Shown piece by piece: positions 1 through 10,466 of a stretch of DNA of 64,000 bases. Each line of letters opens with the position of its first letter. Within the stretch, counting starts at the first letter, position 1. The notes below the pieces were generated by a model. The model was not told the DNA's origin. It saw nothing but the letters and a program-made list of their open reading frames with translations, and did not search any database. The translations under genes were made by a program, and so were the position numbers. The stretch is from the NCBI GenBank assembly GCA_965219685.1, contig CBDCOH010000002.1:3808001-3872000 (forward strand), in the 5' to 3' direction. Source of the stretch: Candidatus Spongiisociaceae bacterium. GTDB lineage: Bacteria > Actinomycetota > Acidimicrobiia > Spongiisociales > Spongiisociaceae.

Positions 1-648
1 GCCTACCGGTACGTCCAGCACCGCGAGTATCTCGACGAACTGCTCCGGTTGCTGGAGGTGGGAGACAGGGTCACGCTGGTGGGACACGACTGGGGATCGG
101 TCCTGGCCTTCGACTGGGCTGTCCGGCATCCCGGCTCGGTCAGGGGCATCGCCTACATGGAGGCGATCGTCACCCCTGTGACCTGGGAGGACTGGCCGGA
201 GGCCGCCCGCCCGATCTTCCGGGCCATGCGCTCGGAAGCGGGTGAGCAGATCGTCCTCGAGAAGAACGTGTTCGTGGAGCGGATCCTCCCCGCCTCGATG
301 CTAAGCGACCTCACCCCCGCGGAGATGGACGAGTACCGCCGTCCCTTCCTGGAGCCCGGAGAGGATCGCCGGCCCATGCTCACCTGGCCGCGGCAGATCC
401 CTCTCGGAGGTCACCCGGCTGAGGTCCATGCGCTGGTCGCGGACTACTCGGCGAGGCTCGCCGGATGGGACGTGCCGAAGCTGTTCATCAACGCCGACCC
501 TGGTTCGATCCTGGTAGGCCGAGCTCGCGACGTATGTCGTGCCTGGCCCAACCAGACCGAGGTCACCGTCCCGGGAGTCCACTTCATCCAGGAGGATTCC
601 CCGGACCTCATCGGAACCGCGATCGCCGGTTGGTATAGCGCCTGCTAG
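1..648 (+). CDS. Haloalkane dehalogenase (alpha/beta hydrolase), 5'-truncated by the window edge
   Basis: Frame is open from base 1. GHDWGS nucleophile elbow, EKNVFVERILP, and C-terminal GVHFIQEDSP, as in DhaA/LinB-type enzymes. Confidence 0.9.
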   Translation, partial: AYRYVQHREYLDELLRLLEVGDRVTLVGHDWGSVLAFDWAVRHPGSVRGIAYMEAIVTPVTWEDWPEAARPIFRAMRSEAGEQIVLEKNVFVERILPASMLSDLTPAEMDEYRRPFLEPGEDRRPMLTWPRQIPLGGHPAEVHALVADYSARLAGWDVPKLFINADPGSILVGRARDVCRAWPNQTEVTVPGVHFIQEDSPDLIGTAIAGWYSAC

Positions 649-739
649 CAGTCGTTGACGCCCCCCGAAGTGCCGTCCCCCCGGTTCCCGGATGAACGGA
701 AAATGAGGGATCGGGCAGCCCCGGTTAGCCTTCGCCACG

Positions 740-2230
740 ATGACTGAGAGCCGGCCCGGCCAGGCCCGTTTCGATCAAGCGCTGCACGCCGAGCGCCGGG
801 CTAGATTCGCCGGACTGATGGACGACGGCATAGCCCTGGTGCCGGCCGCCGCCGAGACGATCCGGAACAATGATGTGGAGCATCCGTTCCGCCAGGACTC
901 GGCCTTCCACTACCTGACCGGGTTCGACGAGCCGGACGCCGTGATGCTGCTCGACCCCTCCGCCGGTGACGAGCAGTACGTGCTGTTCGTCCGGCCAAGA
1001 GATCGGGAGCGGGAGATCTGGGATGGCCGCCGGGCCGGCGTGGACGGCGCCAGGGAGCATTTCGACGCCGACGCCTCCTACCCGGTGTCGGAACTCGAAG
1101 GGATCCTGCGCAAGAGGCTGCTGGGACGCCGGGTCGTCTACCTGCCGTACGGCCATGCCGAATTCCACAGGAGGGTCGTGACGATGGTTCGCTCGCTGGG
1201 AGGGCTGGCAAACCGGTACGGCAGGGTGGTACCCACCGAGGTCCGCGACGCCTCGCCTCTGCTGGGCGATCTCCGCCTGCACAAGACCGCGGAGGAGGTC
1301 GAGCGGCTGAGGCTCGCGTGCAAGATCACGGCCGAGGGCCACAGGGAGGCGATGCGCTTCACCCGGCCGGGCCGGTACGAGTACCAGGTTCAAGCCGCCC
1401 TGGAGTACGTCTTTCGGGCCAGGGGCGCTCGTCGCGACGGTTACCCGTCCATAGTGGCGTCGGGCGCCAACGCGTGCATCCTGCACTACACGGAGAACGA
1501 CCGCAGGATCGAGAAGGGGGATCTCGTACTGATCGACGCAGGGGCCGAGTACGGGTACTTCTCCTCGGACATCACCCGCTCCTTCCCGGCATCCGGGGTG
1601 TTCAGCGGTCCCCAGCGAGAGATCTACGAGGTTGTGTTGAGGGCTCAGCATGCCGCATTGGCGCTGGCGAGGCCGGGTTCCACCATGAAGCAGCTGCACG
1701 AGCAGGCGGTGGCGACCATCGCCGAGGGGTTGGTCGATCTCGGCCTGCTGCCCGGGACGGTCGAGGATGCGGTCCGGATGCACCACTACCGCGAGTACTT
1801 CATGCATGGGACCGGACACTGGTTGGGCATGGACGTACACGACGCCGGCGCCTACGGAGTCGATGGCGACCCCCGACCCCTCGTCCCGGGCATGGCGTTC
1901 ACGGTGGAGCCGGGAGTCTATGTGGACCCGGATAGGGCCGAGATCGAGTTGCCGATGCTCGAGTACGACCTCGACGAGTGGACCGAGCGGCGGATGCTGC
2001 TCGGCGCCGCGAAGGCCAAGGAGGTCGAGAAGCGGGAGCGGGAGGCTGCACCGACCGTGAAGCATCGCGTACCGGATGCCCTGCGCGGAATCGGCATCCG
2101 GATCGAGGACGACGTGGTGATCACCGAAGCCGGCCACGACAATCTGACCGCCGGCGTCCCGACCGATCCCGAGCAGGTCGAGGCTCTGTGCGCCGACGCG
2201 CCACGGGTGCCCTTCCTTGCAGCGCGGTAG
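740..2230 (+). CDS. pepP: Xaa-Pro aminopeptidase (M24B)
   Basis: N-terminal FRQDSAFHYLTGF; metal-ligand motifs DAGAE, SDITR, HGTGHWLGMDVHD, EPG and GIRIEDD. Confidence 0.93.
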   Translation: MTESRPGQARFDQALHAERRARFAGLMDDGIALVPAAAETIRNNDVEHPFRQDSAFHYLTGFDEPDAVMLLDPSAGDEQYVLFVRPRDREREIWDGRRAGVDGAREHFDADASYPVSELEGILRKRLLGRRVVYLPYGHAEFHRRVVTMVRSLGGLANRYGRVVPTEVRDASPLLGDLRLHKTAEEVERLRLACKITAEGHREAMRFTRPGRYEYQVQAALEYVFRARGARRDGYPSIVASGANACILHYTENDRRIEKGDLVLIDAGAEYGYFSSDITRSFPASGVFSGPQREIYEVVLRAQHAALALARPGSTMKQLHEQAVATIAEGLVDLGLLPGTVEDAVRMHHYREYFMHGTGHWLGMDVHDAGAYGVDGDPRPLVPGMAFTVEPGVYVDPDRAEIELPMLEYDLDEWTERRMLLGAAKAKEVEKREREAAPTVKHRVPDALRGIGIRIEDDVVITEAGHDNLTAGVPTDPEQVEALCADAPRVPFLAAR

Positions 2231-2271
2231 CGCTGGGGCCGTTTCCGGGCCGTGGCTCCGCCCAAGGGGGG

Positions 2272-2300
2272 TTGACAGTGTCACACCCGCGTCGCACACT
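2272..2300 (+). promoter_or_regulatory. Putative promoter TTGACA-N17-CACACT, overlapping a TGTCAC-N10-CANNNT (RecA-NDp/PafBC-like) motif
   Basis: Hexamers and spacing are conserved in the second copy (12911-12939, minus strand) while the spacer has diverged. Confidence 0.6.
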
Positions 2301-2304
2301 GGAG

Positions 2305-2462
2305 GCAACCGCAAGCACCATCGGTCCCTTCCGGCGTCGATCGGACCGTGGCGGGATCACATCGTCGAATCCGACCCCGCGAGGGCACAGGGTGTCGCGT
2401 TTCGAGCCTCGGAGGTGGCGGTTGGGGGAGGGCCCACAGGGGATTCTCTCTGGGGCGTTTTT
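2305..2462 (+). ncRNA. Candidate ~160-nt structured small RNA, copy 1
   Basis: Homologous to 12745-12905 (minus). 5' ACCGC-AAG-CACC can pair with 3' GGTG-GCGGT. It has internal hairpins and ends in a hairpin + T-tract. Confidence 0.55.
2432..2462 (+). terminator. Intrinsic terminator-like hairpin
   Basis: GCCC(A)CAGGGGA-TTC-TCTCTG-GGGC followed by GTTTTT. Confidence 0.55.
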
Positions 2463-2572
2463 CGCGTTCTCGGACAGCAGGCCCCGGAGGGCCGGGTCGG
2501 CCGACACCGGAGTATCCGGACCGCGCTACCGAGACCGGAAACTGCCTTGATCCAGCGTAAGCCACCGGTGAC

Positions 2573-2607
2573 CAACTATCAACTACCAACTATCAACTAG
2601 GAACTAA
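2573..2607. repeat. Heptamer tandem repeat (CAACTAY) x~5
   Basis: CAACTAT CAACTAC CAACTAT CAACTAG GAACTAA, directly after the stop of the minus-strand amidase remnant. Confidence 0.85.
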
Positions 2608-3075
2608 TCAGATCGGAGGGAGCCGATCGATCCACGGGCGGGCCCGCTCGAGTTGAGCAGCCAGCCGGAACAGGAGGGCTTCGTCGGCATAGCGGGTGGT
2701 GAACTGCACACCGATAGGCAGCCCGCCGTCCCAGTGGAGTGGTAGGGACATGGACGGCTGGCCGGTGACGTTCCACAGGGCGGTGTTGGGTACCGCCCGG
2801 AAAGCCGGCTCACCCTGTCTGGCGATGGCACCCAGAGCCTTGTGGCGTCCCCCGAGCCGGATGAGCGCCTTGGCCAACCGCTTGTTGATAGGGGGGTAGA
2901 GGGTGCCGGTCTTCCAGCGCCGGCGGGCGATCGTGGGCTCCACGAACACGTCGTAGGTGTCGAAGAATGGAGCGGTGGACCGCCCTACGTTGCGGATGTA
3001 CTCGAGGGCGGTGATGAAGTCGCCGGCGGTCAGGCGCCGGCCGACCAGGCCGATCAGCCACGACGCAGCCTGCGG
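2608..3075 (-). pseudogene. Amidase C-terminal remnant
   Basis: Reads ...FFDTYDVFVEPT...NVTGQPSMSLPLHWDGGLPIGVQF...EALLFRLAAQLERARPW, an amidase C-terminus. There is an in-frame stop upstream and no catalytic N-terminal half. Confidence 0.8.
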
Positions 3076-3226
3076 GCAGATTCATGGTGGGTGCCGATGG
3101 GGGAAGGAGGGTCAGCAGTTGGGCGCAACGCTAGGCGGATGACCGCCCGATCCGATCCCGGGCGAAGGCTAACATTCGACTCGGCATCCGACTACCTGTG
3201 GATCCACGGTCGCTCTGAGGGAGATT

Positions 3227-4018
3227 ATGGAGCAAGCGGCGCGCAAACCGAGACTGACCGTACCGCTGTACCGCATCTACGAACGTCGCCTCCTTCGCCG
3301 CCTGGATCTTCAACGCCTCCCCCGGCACATAGGCATCATCCTCGACGGCCACCGTCGCTATGCTCGCGCCGAGGGTCTCGACACCTACACCGACAGCTAC
3401 CGGAGCGGGATGCGGAGGCTCGAGGAGTTCCTCGGGTGGGCAGCCGAGTTGCCCATTCCGCTGATCACCGCATGGGTGCTGTCGACCGAGAACCTGGATC
3501 GACCGGCGGAGCAGATCGATCCCTACTTCGACACCCTACGCGAGATGTTCGAACGGGTTCCCGCCCACGCCGGTCGCCTCGGCTACCAACTCAACGTCAT
3601 CGGGAGCCACGATCTCCTTCCGGCTCGTCTGGTCAGCAGCGCCAAGCAGGCGATCGAGGCGACGAAGTCCGGCTCGCGGCAGTTGACCATCGCCATGGGT
3701 TACGGAGGCCGCCAGGAGATAGTCGACGCATGCCGCGATCTCGTTGAGGGTATGGCGGCGCGCGGGGTCTCCGCCGACGACATGGCGGAGCACGTCGATG
3801 CGCAGGCCATCGCCGCCCATCTTTACGAACCCGACCAGCCGGACGCCGATCTCGTTATCCGGACGTCGGGCGAGTCACGGCTCTCAGGGTTCCTCCTGTG
3901 GCAGGCGGCCTATGCCGAGTACGCATTCGTGGATGTCTACTGGCCTGCCTTCCGGCGGGTGGACTTCATCCGGGCTTTGAGAGACTACGCAGCCGCCGAC
4001 CGCCGTTTCGGGAGGTAG
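3227..4018 (+). CDS. uppS: cis-prenyltransferase (UppS family isoprenyl transferase)
   Basis: PRHIGIILDGHRRYA, LSTENL, YGGRQEI, and DLVIRTSGESRLSGFLLWQAAYAE. Confidence 0.92.
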   Translation: MEQAARKPRLTVPLYRIYERRLLRRLDLQRLPRHIGIILDGHRRYARAEGLDTYTDSYRSGMRRLEEFLGWAAELPIPLITAWVLSTENLDRPAEQIDPYFDTLREMFERVPAHAGRLGYQLNVIGSHDLLPARLVSSAKQAIEATKSGSRQLTIAMGYGGRQEIVDACRDLVEGMAARGVSADDMAEHVDAQAIAAHLYEPDQPDADLVIRTSGESRLSGFLLWQAAYAEYAFVDVYWPAFRRVDFIRALRDYAAADRRFGR

Positions 4019-4177
4019 GTCGGATTCTTCATAGGTCCCGACAGCAGACCTAGCAGGACTGCGTTTGTCCTTGATGACTGTAGACTGGGGGTTTGGGGAA
4101 GGAGGGTTTCCGTACGGGAGGGCTTTGCCCGTCGGACCACATACGTCCGCGCATGGTGTCCGGAAGAGGGAATGTCC

Positions 4178-4240
4178 TCACCATTCACCATTCACCATTC
4201 ACCATTCACCACCCACCACTCACCACCCACCACTCACTAC
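4178..4240. repeat. Heptamer tandem repeat (CAYTCAC/CACCCAC) x~9
   Basis: Directly visible array between uppS and pyrE. Confidence 0.9.
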
Positions 4241-4257
4241 CTTGGTAATCTGGCGGT

Positions 4258-4833
4258 GTGACCCTTTCCGCCGTTCAGGCAGCCGTCGCCCATCACCTCC
4301 GATCCAACGCCGTCAGGACGGATGGCCCGTTCGTGCTGCGGTCGGGAAAGGTGAGCGACTGGTACCTCGATGCTCGCCAGACCACCTTCAGCGGCGAAGG
4401 CGCCCTCCTGGTCGGCGCCGCGATATGGGAGCAGCTGATAGAAGCGGACGCAGTGGGAGGGATGACCATGGGAGCGGATCCCATTGCGGTCGCCACCGCG
4501 ATGCACGCCACGGGCCAGGGGAGACAACTCAAGGCTTTCTCCATCCGCAAAGCCGCCAAGGGGCACGGGACCGGAGGCCGTCTCGTGGGGCCGGTACGGG
4601 CAGGTGACCGGATCGTGATGCTGGAGGACACCGTGACGACGGGAGGAACCCTCCTGGAGGCCATCGAGGTCGCGGCAGGCGAGAGCCTCCACGTCGTGCA
4701 GGCGGTGGTCCTGGTGGACCGGTCGCGCGGGGAGGCCGGCCGGCTGATCTCGGCACGGGGGATCCCGTACACGGCAGTTCTGAGTCCGGAGGATCTGGGC
4801 CTCAGCGAGGATCGACCGGGGAGCCCCGCTTGA
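4258..4833 (+). CDS. pyrE: Orotate phosphoribosyltransferase
   Basis: FVLRSGKVSDWYLD, RKAAKGHG, and the PRPP-binding loop LEDTVTTGGT. Confidence 0.92.
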   Translation: MTLSAVQAAVAHHLRSNAVRTDGPFVLRSGKVSDWYLDARQTTFSGEGALLVGAAIWEQLIEADAVGGMTMGADPIAVATAMHATGQGRQLKAFSIRKAAKGHGTGGRLVGPVRAGDRIVMLEDTVTTGGTLLEAIEVAAGESLHVVQAVVLVDRSRGEAGRLISARGIPYTAVLSPEDLGLSEDRPGSPA

Positions 4834-5510
4834 GCGAGTACGAGATAGCGACGCGGCCCCGACTCCCGGCCCGCTGGTATCTGTTCCTGATGGGGCTGAT
4901 CATGGTTCTCCAGGGTGGAGGCGTCCTGTTCGGATGGGCCCCCGTTCCCCGCATCCTGGAACTGCTGTACCCGAACAAGGAGCCGCCGGCATTCGAGAGC
5001 CGCGACCTCACCTGGGCCTGGGTCTTCCTGATCGTCGGTGGGGCGCTGCTGGCCTGGATGATCGTCCGCCTCGCCGGGCGCCGGCAGGTCATCCGCGCGG
5101 ACGCGGAAGGTGTTCACCTTCCACTAGGTCCCCTGGGACGGCTGACCCTGATTCCGTGGGGTCAGGTGGGAGAGGTGGAGACCCGGGAGGGTTCGGACGA
5201 TTTCGGAGCGTTTCCCGTCCTGCTGGTCGGGGTGGAGGACGCGAGACTGTTTCCCCGGCGGCCGTGGGGAGCGCGATGGTCAGACGGGGGAGTGCTCTCA
5301 ATCTCGGCGGAGGGGTGGGCCGTCGACCCGGCCGGGGTGGTCGAGCACCTGCAGGAGGTGCGGATGGCGCATGCAGGATTGTCCGAAGACGAGGCCGAGC
5401 TCCAGGATGGAGCCGATAGGGTCCGCACGGACCGGGACCCGGCGACCGAGGCGGAGGAAGGGGAAGCAGTCCCTGCCGGGGCGGAGCACACGGAAGGCCA
5501 CCCGGCGTGA
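4830..5510 (+). CDS. Hypothetical membrane protein (2 predicted TM segments)
   Basis: Overlaps pyrE and nfo by 4 nt each, implying translational coupling; two hydrophobic stretches. Confidence 0.7.
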   Translation: MSEYEIATRPRLPARWYLFLMGLIMVLQGGGVLFGWAPVPRILELLYPNKEPPAFESRDLTWAWVFLIVGGALLAWMIVRLAGRRQVIRADAEGVHLPLGPLGRLTLIPWGQVGEVETREGSDDFGAFPVLLVGVEDARLFPRRPWGARWSDGGVLSISAEGWAVDPAGVVEHLQEVRMAHAGLSEDEAELQDGADRVRTDRDPATEAEEGEAVPAGAEHTEGHPA

Positions 5511-6268
5511 TCACCCTGGGCGCCCATGTTCCCTCCGCCGATCCCTTGGCCGAGGCCGAGGCGCGGGGCGTCGGCGCCGTCCAGTTGTTCCTGGGCAATC
5601 CGCAGTCGTGGAAGAAGCCTCCGCCGAGAACCGATGCCTCCGAGCTCCGTGGCTCCGGCATCGACATCTACGTACACGCGCCGTACCTGGTCAACGTCGT
5701 CAACCGGAACAACCGCGTCCGCATCCCGAGCCGCAAGATCCTCGCCAACACGGTGGAGGGCGCCGAACAGATAGGCGCGGCCGGCGTCATCGTCCATGGG
5801 GGACATGTGACCAAGGACGAACGGGTGGATAACGGTTTCCCGCGCTGGCGCAAGGCCCTGGAGACGCTTGAGACCGACATTCCTATCCTGATCGAGAATA
5901 CGGCCTCGGGTGACAACGCGCAGGCCCGGCGGCTGGATCACCTGGCGCGGTTGTGGGATGTGATCGGGGATCTCGGCCCGGGCTTCTGCCTCGACACGTG
6001 CCACGCTTGGGCGGGTGGTGAGCCGCTGGAAGGCCTGGTGGAACGGGTCCTCGAGGCAACCGGCCGGATCGACCTCGTACACCTCAACGATTCTCGCGAC
6101 CGCTTCGACGCTCGCCGGGATCGCCACGCCAACCTGGGCCGGGGCCACATCCCCGGCCAACTCCTGGTGGAGGTGGTGAAGGAAGCCGGCGCACCGCTGA
6201 TCATCGAGACTCCAGGCGACGCGGAGCAACACCGAGCGGATCTCGCCTGGTTACAGGATCGGCTCTAG
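5507..6268 (+). CDS. nfo: Endonuclease IV (AP endonuclease 2)
   Basis: HAPYLVN, HGGH, ENTA, CLDTCHA, HLNDS, DRHANLG and ETP motifs. Confidence 0.93.
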   Translation: MITLGAHVPSADPLAEAEARGVGAVQLFLGNPQSWKKPPPRTDASELRGSGIDIYVHAPYLVNVVNRNNRVRIPSRKILANTVEGAEQIGAAGVIVHGGHVTKDERVDNGFPRWRKALETLETDIPILIENTASGDNAQARRLDHLARLWDVIGDLGPGFCLDTCHAWAGGEPLEGLVERVLEATGRIDLVHLNDSRDRFDARRDRHANLGRGHIPGQLLVEVVKEAGAPLIIETPGDAEQHRADLAWLQDRL

Positions 6269-6356
6269 CCCCGGGCCGCCGAATTGTCTGTCGCCGGTGT
6301 CGGGCTGCCACGACAGTTCCGCCGCAGATCCACCGAGCGCATGTGCCGGTGGTCCG

Positions 6357-6626
6357 ATGCGCCGGGGTGACGGGCCCAGAGCAGTGAGGGTCCGTCTGTG
6401 CGTGGCGGTCATGGTGATGTCTGCACTTCTCGGTGCCTCCTGCAGGAGTGAGGCGCCCAGGAGCGACCTCGAGTACCTGGTCTGGGAGGTGTGCCGCCAG
6501 GTCAGAGCCGAAGGAGCAACGCCCGATCAGGTAGAGGGCATTCTCCACGACGCCTCGCGGCACGGAGCGGTGATGGCGTTGATCGAGGCCGAGTGCGGCG
6601 AAGAGATCGCGGCCTTCTACGACTGA
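6357..6626 (+). CDS. Small hypothetical lipoprotein (start uncertain)
   Basis: Hydrophobic stretch ending LGAS-C, followed by a short acidic helical domain. Confidence 0.5.
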   Translation: MRRGDGPRAVRVRLCVAVMVMSALLGASCRSEAPRSDLEYLVWEVCRQVRAEGATPDQVEGILHDASRHGAVMALIEAECGEEIAAFYD

Positions 6627-6630
6627 GATA

Positions 6631-6686
6631 CACCACCCACCATCCACCAATCGACCTACTGGCCACTGGCCACGGGCCACTGGCCG
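6631..6686. repeat. Degenerate heptamer repeats (CACCAYC, TGGCCAC) at the clpB 3' end
   Basis: CTGGCCA CTGGCCA CGGGCCA CTGGCC overlaps the last clpB codons. Confidence 0.55.
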
Positions 6687-9253
6687 CGCTCCAGCGAGAG
6701 GCCCCGGTCGTCGGTGGCGACGGTGACCGTGTCCCCCGCCCTGAACCGTCCGTCGAGCAGTCCGAGTGCCAGCGGATCGAGCAGGGCGGTCTGGAGTAGG
6801 CGCTTCAGCGGCCTGGCGCCGTATGCCGGGTCGTAGCCCTCCGTCGCGAGCCATCGGCCCGCCTCATCGGTCAACTCCAGCTCGATGCCCTGACCGCTGA
6901 CCCGTTCCGCGAGCCTGGCGAACTGGATATCGACGATCTGGCGAAGGTCGTCCTCGGTGAGGCGGGAGAAGACGATTATGTCGTCGATCCGGTTGAGGAA
7001 CTCCGGTCGGAAGTGGTGCCTGACCACTCCCATCACCCGGTTCCGGACTGCTTCCTGCGGCAACTCGGGGGTGATCATCTCGGAGCCCAGGTTCGAGGTC
7101 ATGATGAGTATCGAATTGCTGAAGTCGACCGTCCGACCCTGACCGTCGGTCAGCCTGCCGTCATCGAGTACCTGGAGCAGCGCGCCGAAGACGTCCGCGT
7201 GCGCCTTCTCCACCTCGTCGAGCAGGATCACAGCGTACGGTCGCCTCCGGACAGCCTCGGTGAGTTGGCCGCCCTCGTCGTACCCGACATAGCCGGGGGG
7301 CGCGCCCAGCAGGCGGCTTACCGAGTGCCTCTCCATGTACTCCGACATGTCCAAACGCACCATCGCCCGCTCGTCGTCGAACATGAAGACCGCCAGCGCC
7401 CTGGCCAACTCCGTCTTGCCCACGCCGGTGGGACCCAGGAACAGGAACGAGCCGATCGGGCGGTTGGGGTCAGCCAACCCGGCCCGGCTCCTGCGGATGG
7501 CGCCGGCAACCGCCGCCACTCCGGCATCCTGGCCCACCACCCGCCGGTGCAGGTGGTCCTCGAGGTGGACGAGCTTGGCCATCTCGCTCTCCATCAGGCG
7601 GGAGACGGGGATTCCGGTCCAGCGGCTCACGACCGAGGCGACGTCCTCGTCGATCACCTCCTCGCTGAGCATGGTCATCACGGACTGCAGTTCGGCCAAC
7701 TCCTGCTCCCGGGCCGCCAGCTCGGAATCAAGTCCGGGTAACACCCCGTACTGGAGTTCGGCCGCCCGTTGGAGGTCGCCGGCCCGGGTAGCGCGTTCCG
7801 ACTCGACCCTGGCGTCCTCGATTTTCTGCTTGGTGGTCCGGATCGCCTCGATCTGGTCCTTCTCGTGCTGCCAGTGGGTCGACAGGCGGTCGAGTTCCTC
7901 GGTGACCTCGGCCATCTCCTCGCGGACGGCCGACAGCCGGGCCCTGGCACCCTCGTCGGGTTCGTTCTGCAGAGCATTGGCCTCGATCTCGAGTTGCCGG
8001 AGCCGCCGCGTCAGGGTGTCGATCTCCTCCGGCATCGAATCGATCTCGATGCGCAGGCGCGAGGCTGCCTCGTCCATGAGGTCGATGGCCTTGTCGGGAA
8101 GATGGCGCGCGGTGATGTAGCGGTCGGAGAGCACGGCCGCGGCCATGAGAGCCCCGTCGGTGATGCGCACGCCATGATGTACCTCGTAGCGCTCCTTCAG
8201 CCCGCGCAGGATGCCCACTGTCTCGTCGATGGTCGGCGGTTCCACCATCACGGGCTGGAATCTGCGTTCCAGTGCGGCGTCCTTCTCGATGTGTTTGCGG
8301 TACTCATCAAGGGTGGTGGCGCCGATCATTCTCAACTCTCCTCTGGCGAGAAGGGGTTTGAGCATGTTGGAGGCGTCCATCGAGCCCTCGGCGGCCCCCG
8401 CGCCGACGATGGTGTGCATCTCGTCGATGAAGGTGATGATGCGCCCTTCGGCACCCTTGATGTCGTCGAGGGTCGCCTTCATGCGCTCCTCGAACTCGCC
8501 CCGGTACTTGGTGCCCGCCACCATGGCGCCGAGGTCGAGCGCCACGATGCGCTTGCTCTTCAGGCCTTCGGGCACGTCGCCGTCGAGGATCCGTAGGGCG
8601 AGGCCTTCGGCGATGGCGGTCTTGCCGACCCCCGGTTCGCCGATGAGCACCGGATTGTTCTTGGTGCGACGGCTGAGTACCTGGATCATCCTGCGGATCT
8701 CGTCGTCCCGTCCGATCACCGGATCCAGTTTGCCGTCGGCGGCCAGGGCCACCAGGTCACGGCCGTACTGTTCGAGAGTTCCCTGCGTCGCCTCTGGATT
8801 GTCGGTGGTGATCCGCCGGGCTCCTCGCACCTCGCCCAGGACGTCGACGATGGCCTGCCGGGTGACGCCCTCATCCCGGAGGAGTGCCCCCGCCCGGGTC
8901 CTGGAGGCTGCGATGGCGAGCAGCAGGTGTTCGACGGAGGTGTAGGTGTCGCCACCGGTGTCCATCTCCTTCTGGGCCGCCTCCAGCACCCGGATGGTGT
9001 CGCGCGAGTAACCGGTCTCCCCGGTTCCGAAGACTTTCGGGAGCGATTCGACGAGGCCGGCGGCCTGCCGGCGCAGGGAAGCGGGAACCACTTCGAGCCT
9101 CGCCAGCAGCGGAAGAGTGATGGTGTCGGGCTGTCCGAGCATGGCGAGCAGCAGGTGGGCAGGCTCGACAGACGGGTGGTTACTCGCCTCTGCCAGATCC
9201 CTGGCCGATACCAGTGCCTGCTGTGACTTCTGTGTGAACCTGCTTGCGTCCAT
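6656..9253 (-). CDS. clpB: ATP-dependent chaperone ClpB
   Basis: Two AAA+ modules ([16 protein letters not shown]), a long coiled-coil middle domain, and GARPLKR. Confidence 0.97.
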   Translation of the reverse strand: MDASRFTQKSQQALVSARDLAEASNHPSVEPAHLLLAMLGQPDTITLPLLARLEVVPASLRRQAAGLVESLPKVFGTGETGYSRDTIRVLEAAQKEMDTGGDTYTSVEHLLLAIAASRTRAGALLRDEGVTRQAIVDVLGEVRGARRITTDNPEATQGTLEQYGRDLVALAADGKLDPVIGRDDEIRRMIQVLSRRTKNNPVLIGEPGVGKTAIAEGLALRILDGDVPEGLKSKRIVALDLGAMVAGTKYRGEFEERMKATLDDIKGAEGRIITFIDEMHTIVGAGAAEGSMDASNMLKPLLARGELRMIGATTLDEYRKHIEKDAALERRFQPVMVEPPTIDETVGILRGLKERYEVHHGVRITDGALMAAAVLSDRYITARHLPDKAIDLMDEAASRLRIEIDSMPEEIDTLTRRLRQLEIEANALQNEPDEGARARLSAVREEMAEVTEELDRLSTHWQHEKDQIEAIRTTKQKIEDARVESERATRAGDLQRAAELQYGVLPGLDSELAAREQELAELQSVMTMLSEEVIDEDVASVVSRWTGIPVSRLMESEMAKLVHLEDHLHRRVVGQDAGVAAVAGAIRRSRAGLADPNRPIGSFLFLGPTGVGKTELARALAVFMFDDERAMVRLDMSEYMERHSVSRLLGAPPGYVGYDEGGQLTEAVRRRPYAVILLDEVEKAHADVFGALLQVLDDGRLTDGQGRTVDFSNSILIMTSNLGSEMITPELPQEAVRNRVMGVVRHHFRPEFLNRIDDIIVFSRLTEDDLRQIVDIQFARLAERVSGQGIELELTDEAGRWLATEGYDPAYGARPLKRLLQTALLDPLALGLLDGRFRAGDTVTVATDDRGLSLERGQWPVASGQ

Positions 9254-9388
9254 CCGCTGCCTGTCTCCTCCTGGTGGTTGGTGGTCGGTAGGGACTCACC
9301 TGCCCGTTCCACCCGCTGCCGTGTTCTCCGGATCCCGTTCTTTCCCTACTTGTTCAAACACCGATCACCAGTCAATTATGCCATAAAA

Positions 9389-9409
9389 TCTGAGTCGCTA
9401 TCTATCAAG
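9389..9409. promoter_or_regulatory. HAIR-like (HspR) operator upstream of clpB
   Basis: TCTGAGT-N7-TATCAAG versus the HAIR consensus CTTGAGT-N7-ACTCAAG; HspR is known to regulate clpB in actinobacteria. Confidence 0.65.
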
Positions 9410-9515
9410 TTTTCGCATCCAGTACTCGTTGCAGGGAAGGCATATGCACTCCTCGGACGATGTCTCCGAGTAGCGTTGCGGAGGGGCTCGGCCGGGCAGG
9501 AGAGGGAGGTCGTCG

Positions 9516-9710
9516 TTGAATTGTTCCTGGTGCGCCGCACCGCTCGCTTACGTCCATGGCCACGGAGCCTGCCTCGACGGGGGCTGTCCGATGTTCGGGC
9601 TCAACCAGGCTGAGTGTTGCGATGGGGAGACCGCCGTAGCGACGGGCGACGGGCGACGGGTGCACCGACGCCTCCTAGAATGCGGTCACTATGAGTTGGA
9701 CCTTCGATAA
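9516..9710 (+). CDS. Small Cys/His-rich putative metal-binding protein
   Basis: Strong RBS (GGAGAGGGAGG) and a CxxC..HGHxxC....C...CC pattern. Confidence 0.55.
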   Translation: MNCSWCAAPLAYVHGHGACLDGGCPMFGLNQAECCDGETAVATGDGRRVHRRLLECGHYELDLR

Positions 9711-10308
9711 CGGCACCATCCTCACCAAGGCGGCCTTGGTAGGCGAGTACGACAACAATGCCTTCGTGGTGGCTTGCGCGCAGACGGGAAGGGCCGTGGT
9801 GATCGATGCCGCCGCCGAACCCGACCGCGTCCTCGAGTTGACCGACGGTGTGGAGGTCGAGGCCTTGCTCACCACCCATGGGCACTACGACCATCTGAGG
9901 GCCGTAGCCCCGGTGGTGGACGCCCTAGGCGTGCCCTTCCTGCTTCATCCGGCCGACTACGAGTTGGCGGCGCGAACCACTTCGGTCACACCGACCGCTC
10001 TGGCGGACGGGGACGTGATCACCCTGGGGGAGACGAGCCTCCTGACCATGCACACGCCGGGTCACACGCCCGGTTCGGTGTGCTTCCTCAGCCCCGGAGT
10101 GCTCTTCTCGGGGGACACGCTGTTCCCCGGTGGTCCCGGCGCCACCCAGTATGAAGGCGGCGACTTCGACACCATCATCAAGAGCATCAAGCAGCGACTC
10201 TTCACCCTCGATGACGCTACCGAGGTGTACCCGGGGCACGGCCCGAATGCCACTACGATCGGGAAGGAACGCCCCGAATTGCCCGAGTGGATCGCCCGAG
10301 GCTGGTAG
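9691..10308 (+). CDS. MBL-fold metallo-hydrolase (glyoxalase II-like)
   Basis: THGHYDH, HTPGHTPGS, SGDTLF and PGHG motifs. Confidence 0.9.
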   Translation: MSWTFDNGTILTKAALVGEYDNNAFVVACAQTGRAVVIDAAAEPDRVLELTDGVEVEALLTTHGHYDHLRAVAPVVDALGVPFLLHPADYELAARTTSVTPTALADGDVITLGETSLLTMHTPGHTPGSVCFLSPGVLFSGDTLFPGGPGATQYEGGDFDTIIKSIKQRLFTLDDATEVYPGHGPNATTIGKERPELPEWIARGW

Positions 10309-10466
10309 GGGGCAGGGCGCTACACTGGCTCCAATTCCGTTCCGGAGACGCGCGACCTGTTCCCAGGCGGGTGAATTCCGGCGGCGGATCGACAGAAACG
10401 ATTTGCTCTCCGGCTACGGCCGGGAGGTGTCCCCCAACCTCGATGGTGGGGAGAAACGGAGCAGCC

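Noticed and set aside
725-2314. Long antisense ORFs (also 14915-16375, 19131-20219, 40222-42516, 58688-60919)
   Set aside because: Shadows of real genes caused by high-GC codon bias; no recognisable motifs.
2305-2462. tRNA, SRP RNA, tmRNA or riboswitch identity for the repeated RNA unit
   Set aside because: No cloverleaf or CCA end, no SRP GGAA-loop motif, too short for tmRNA, and copy 1 has no same-strand gene immediately downstream.
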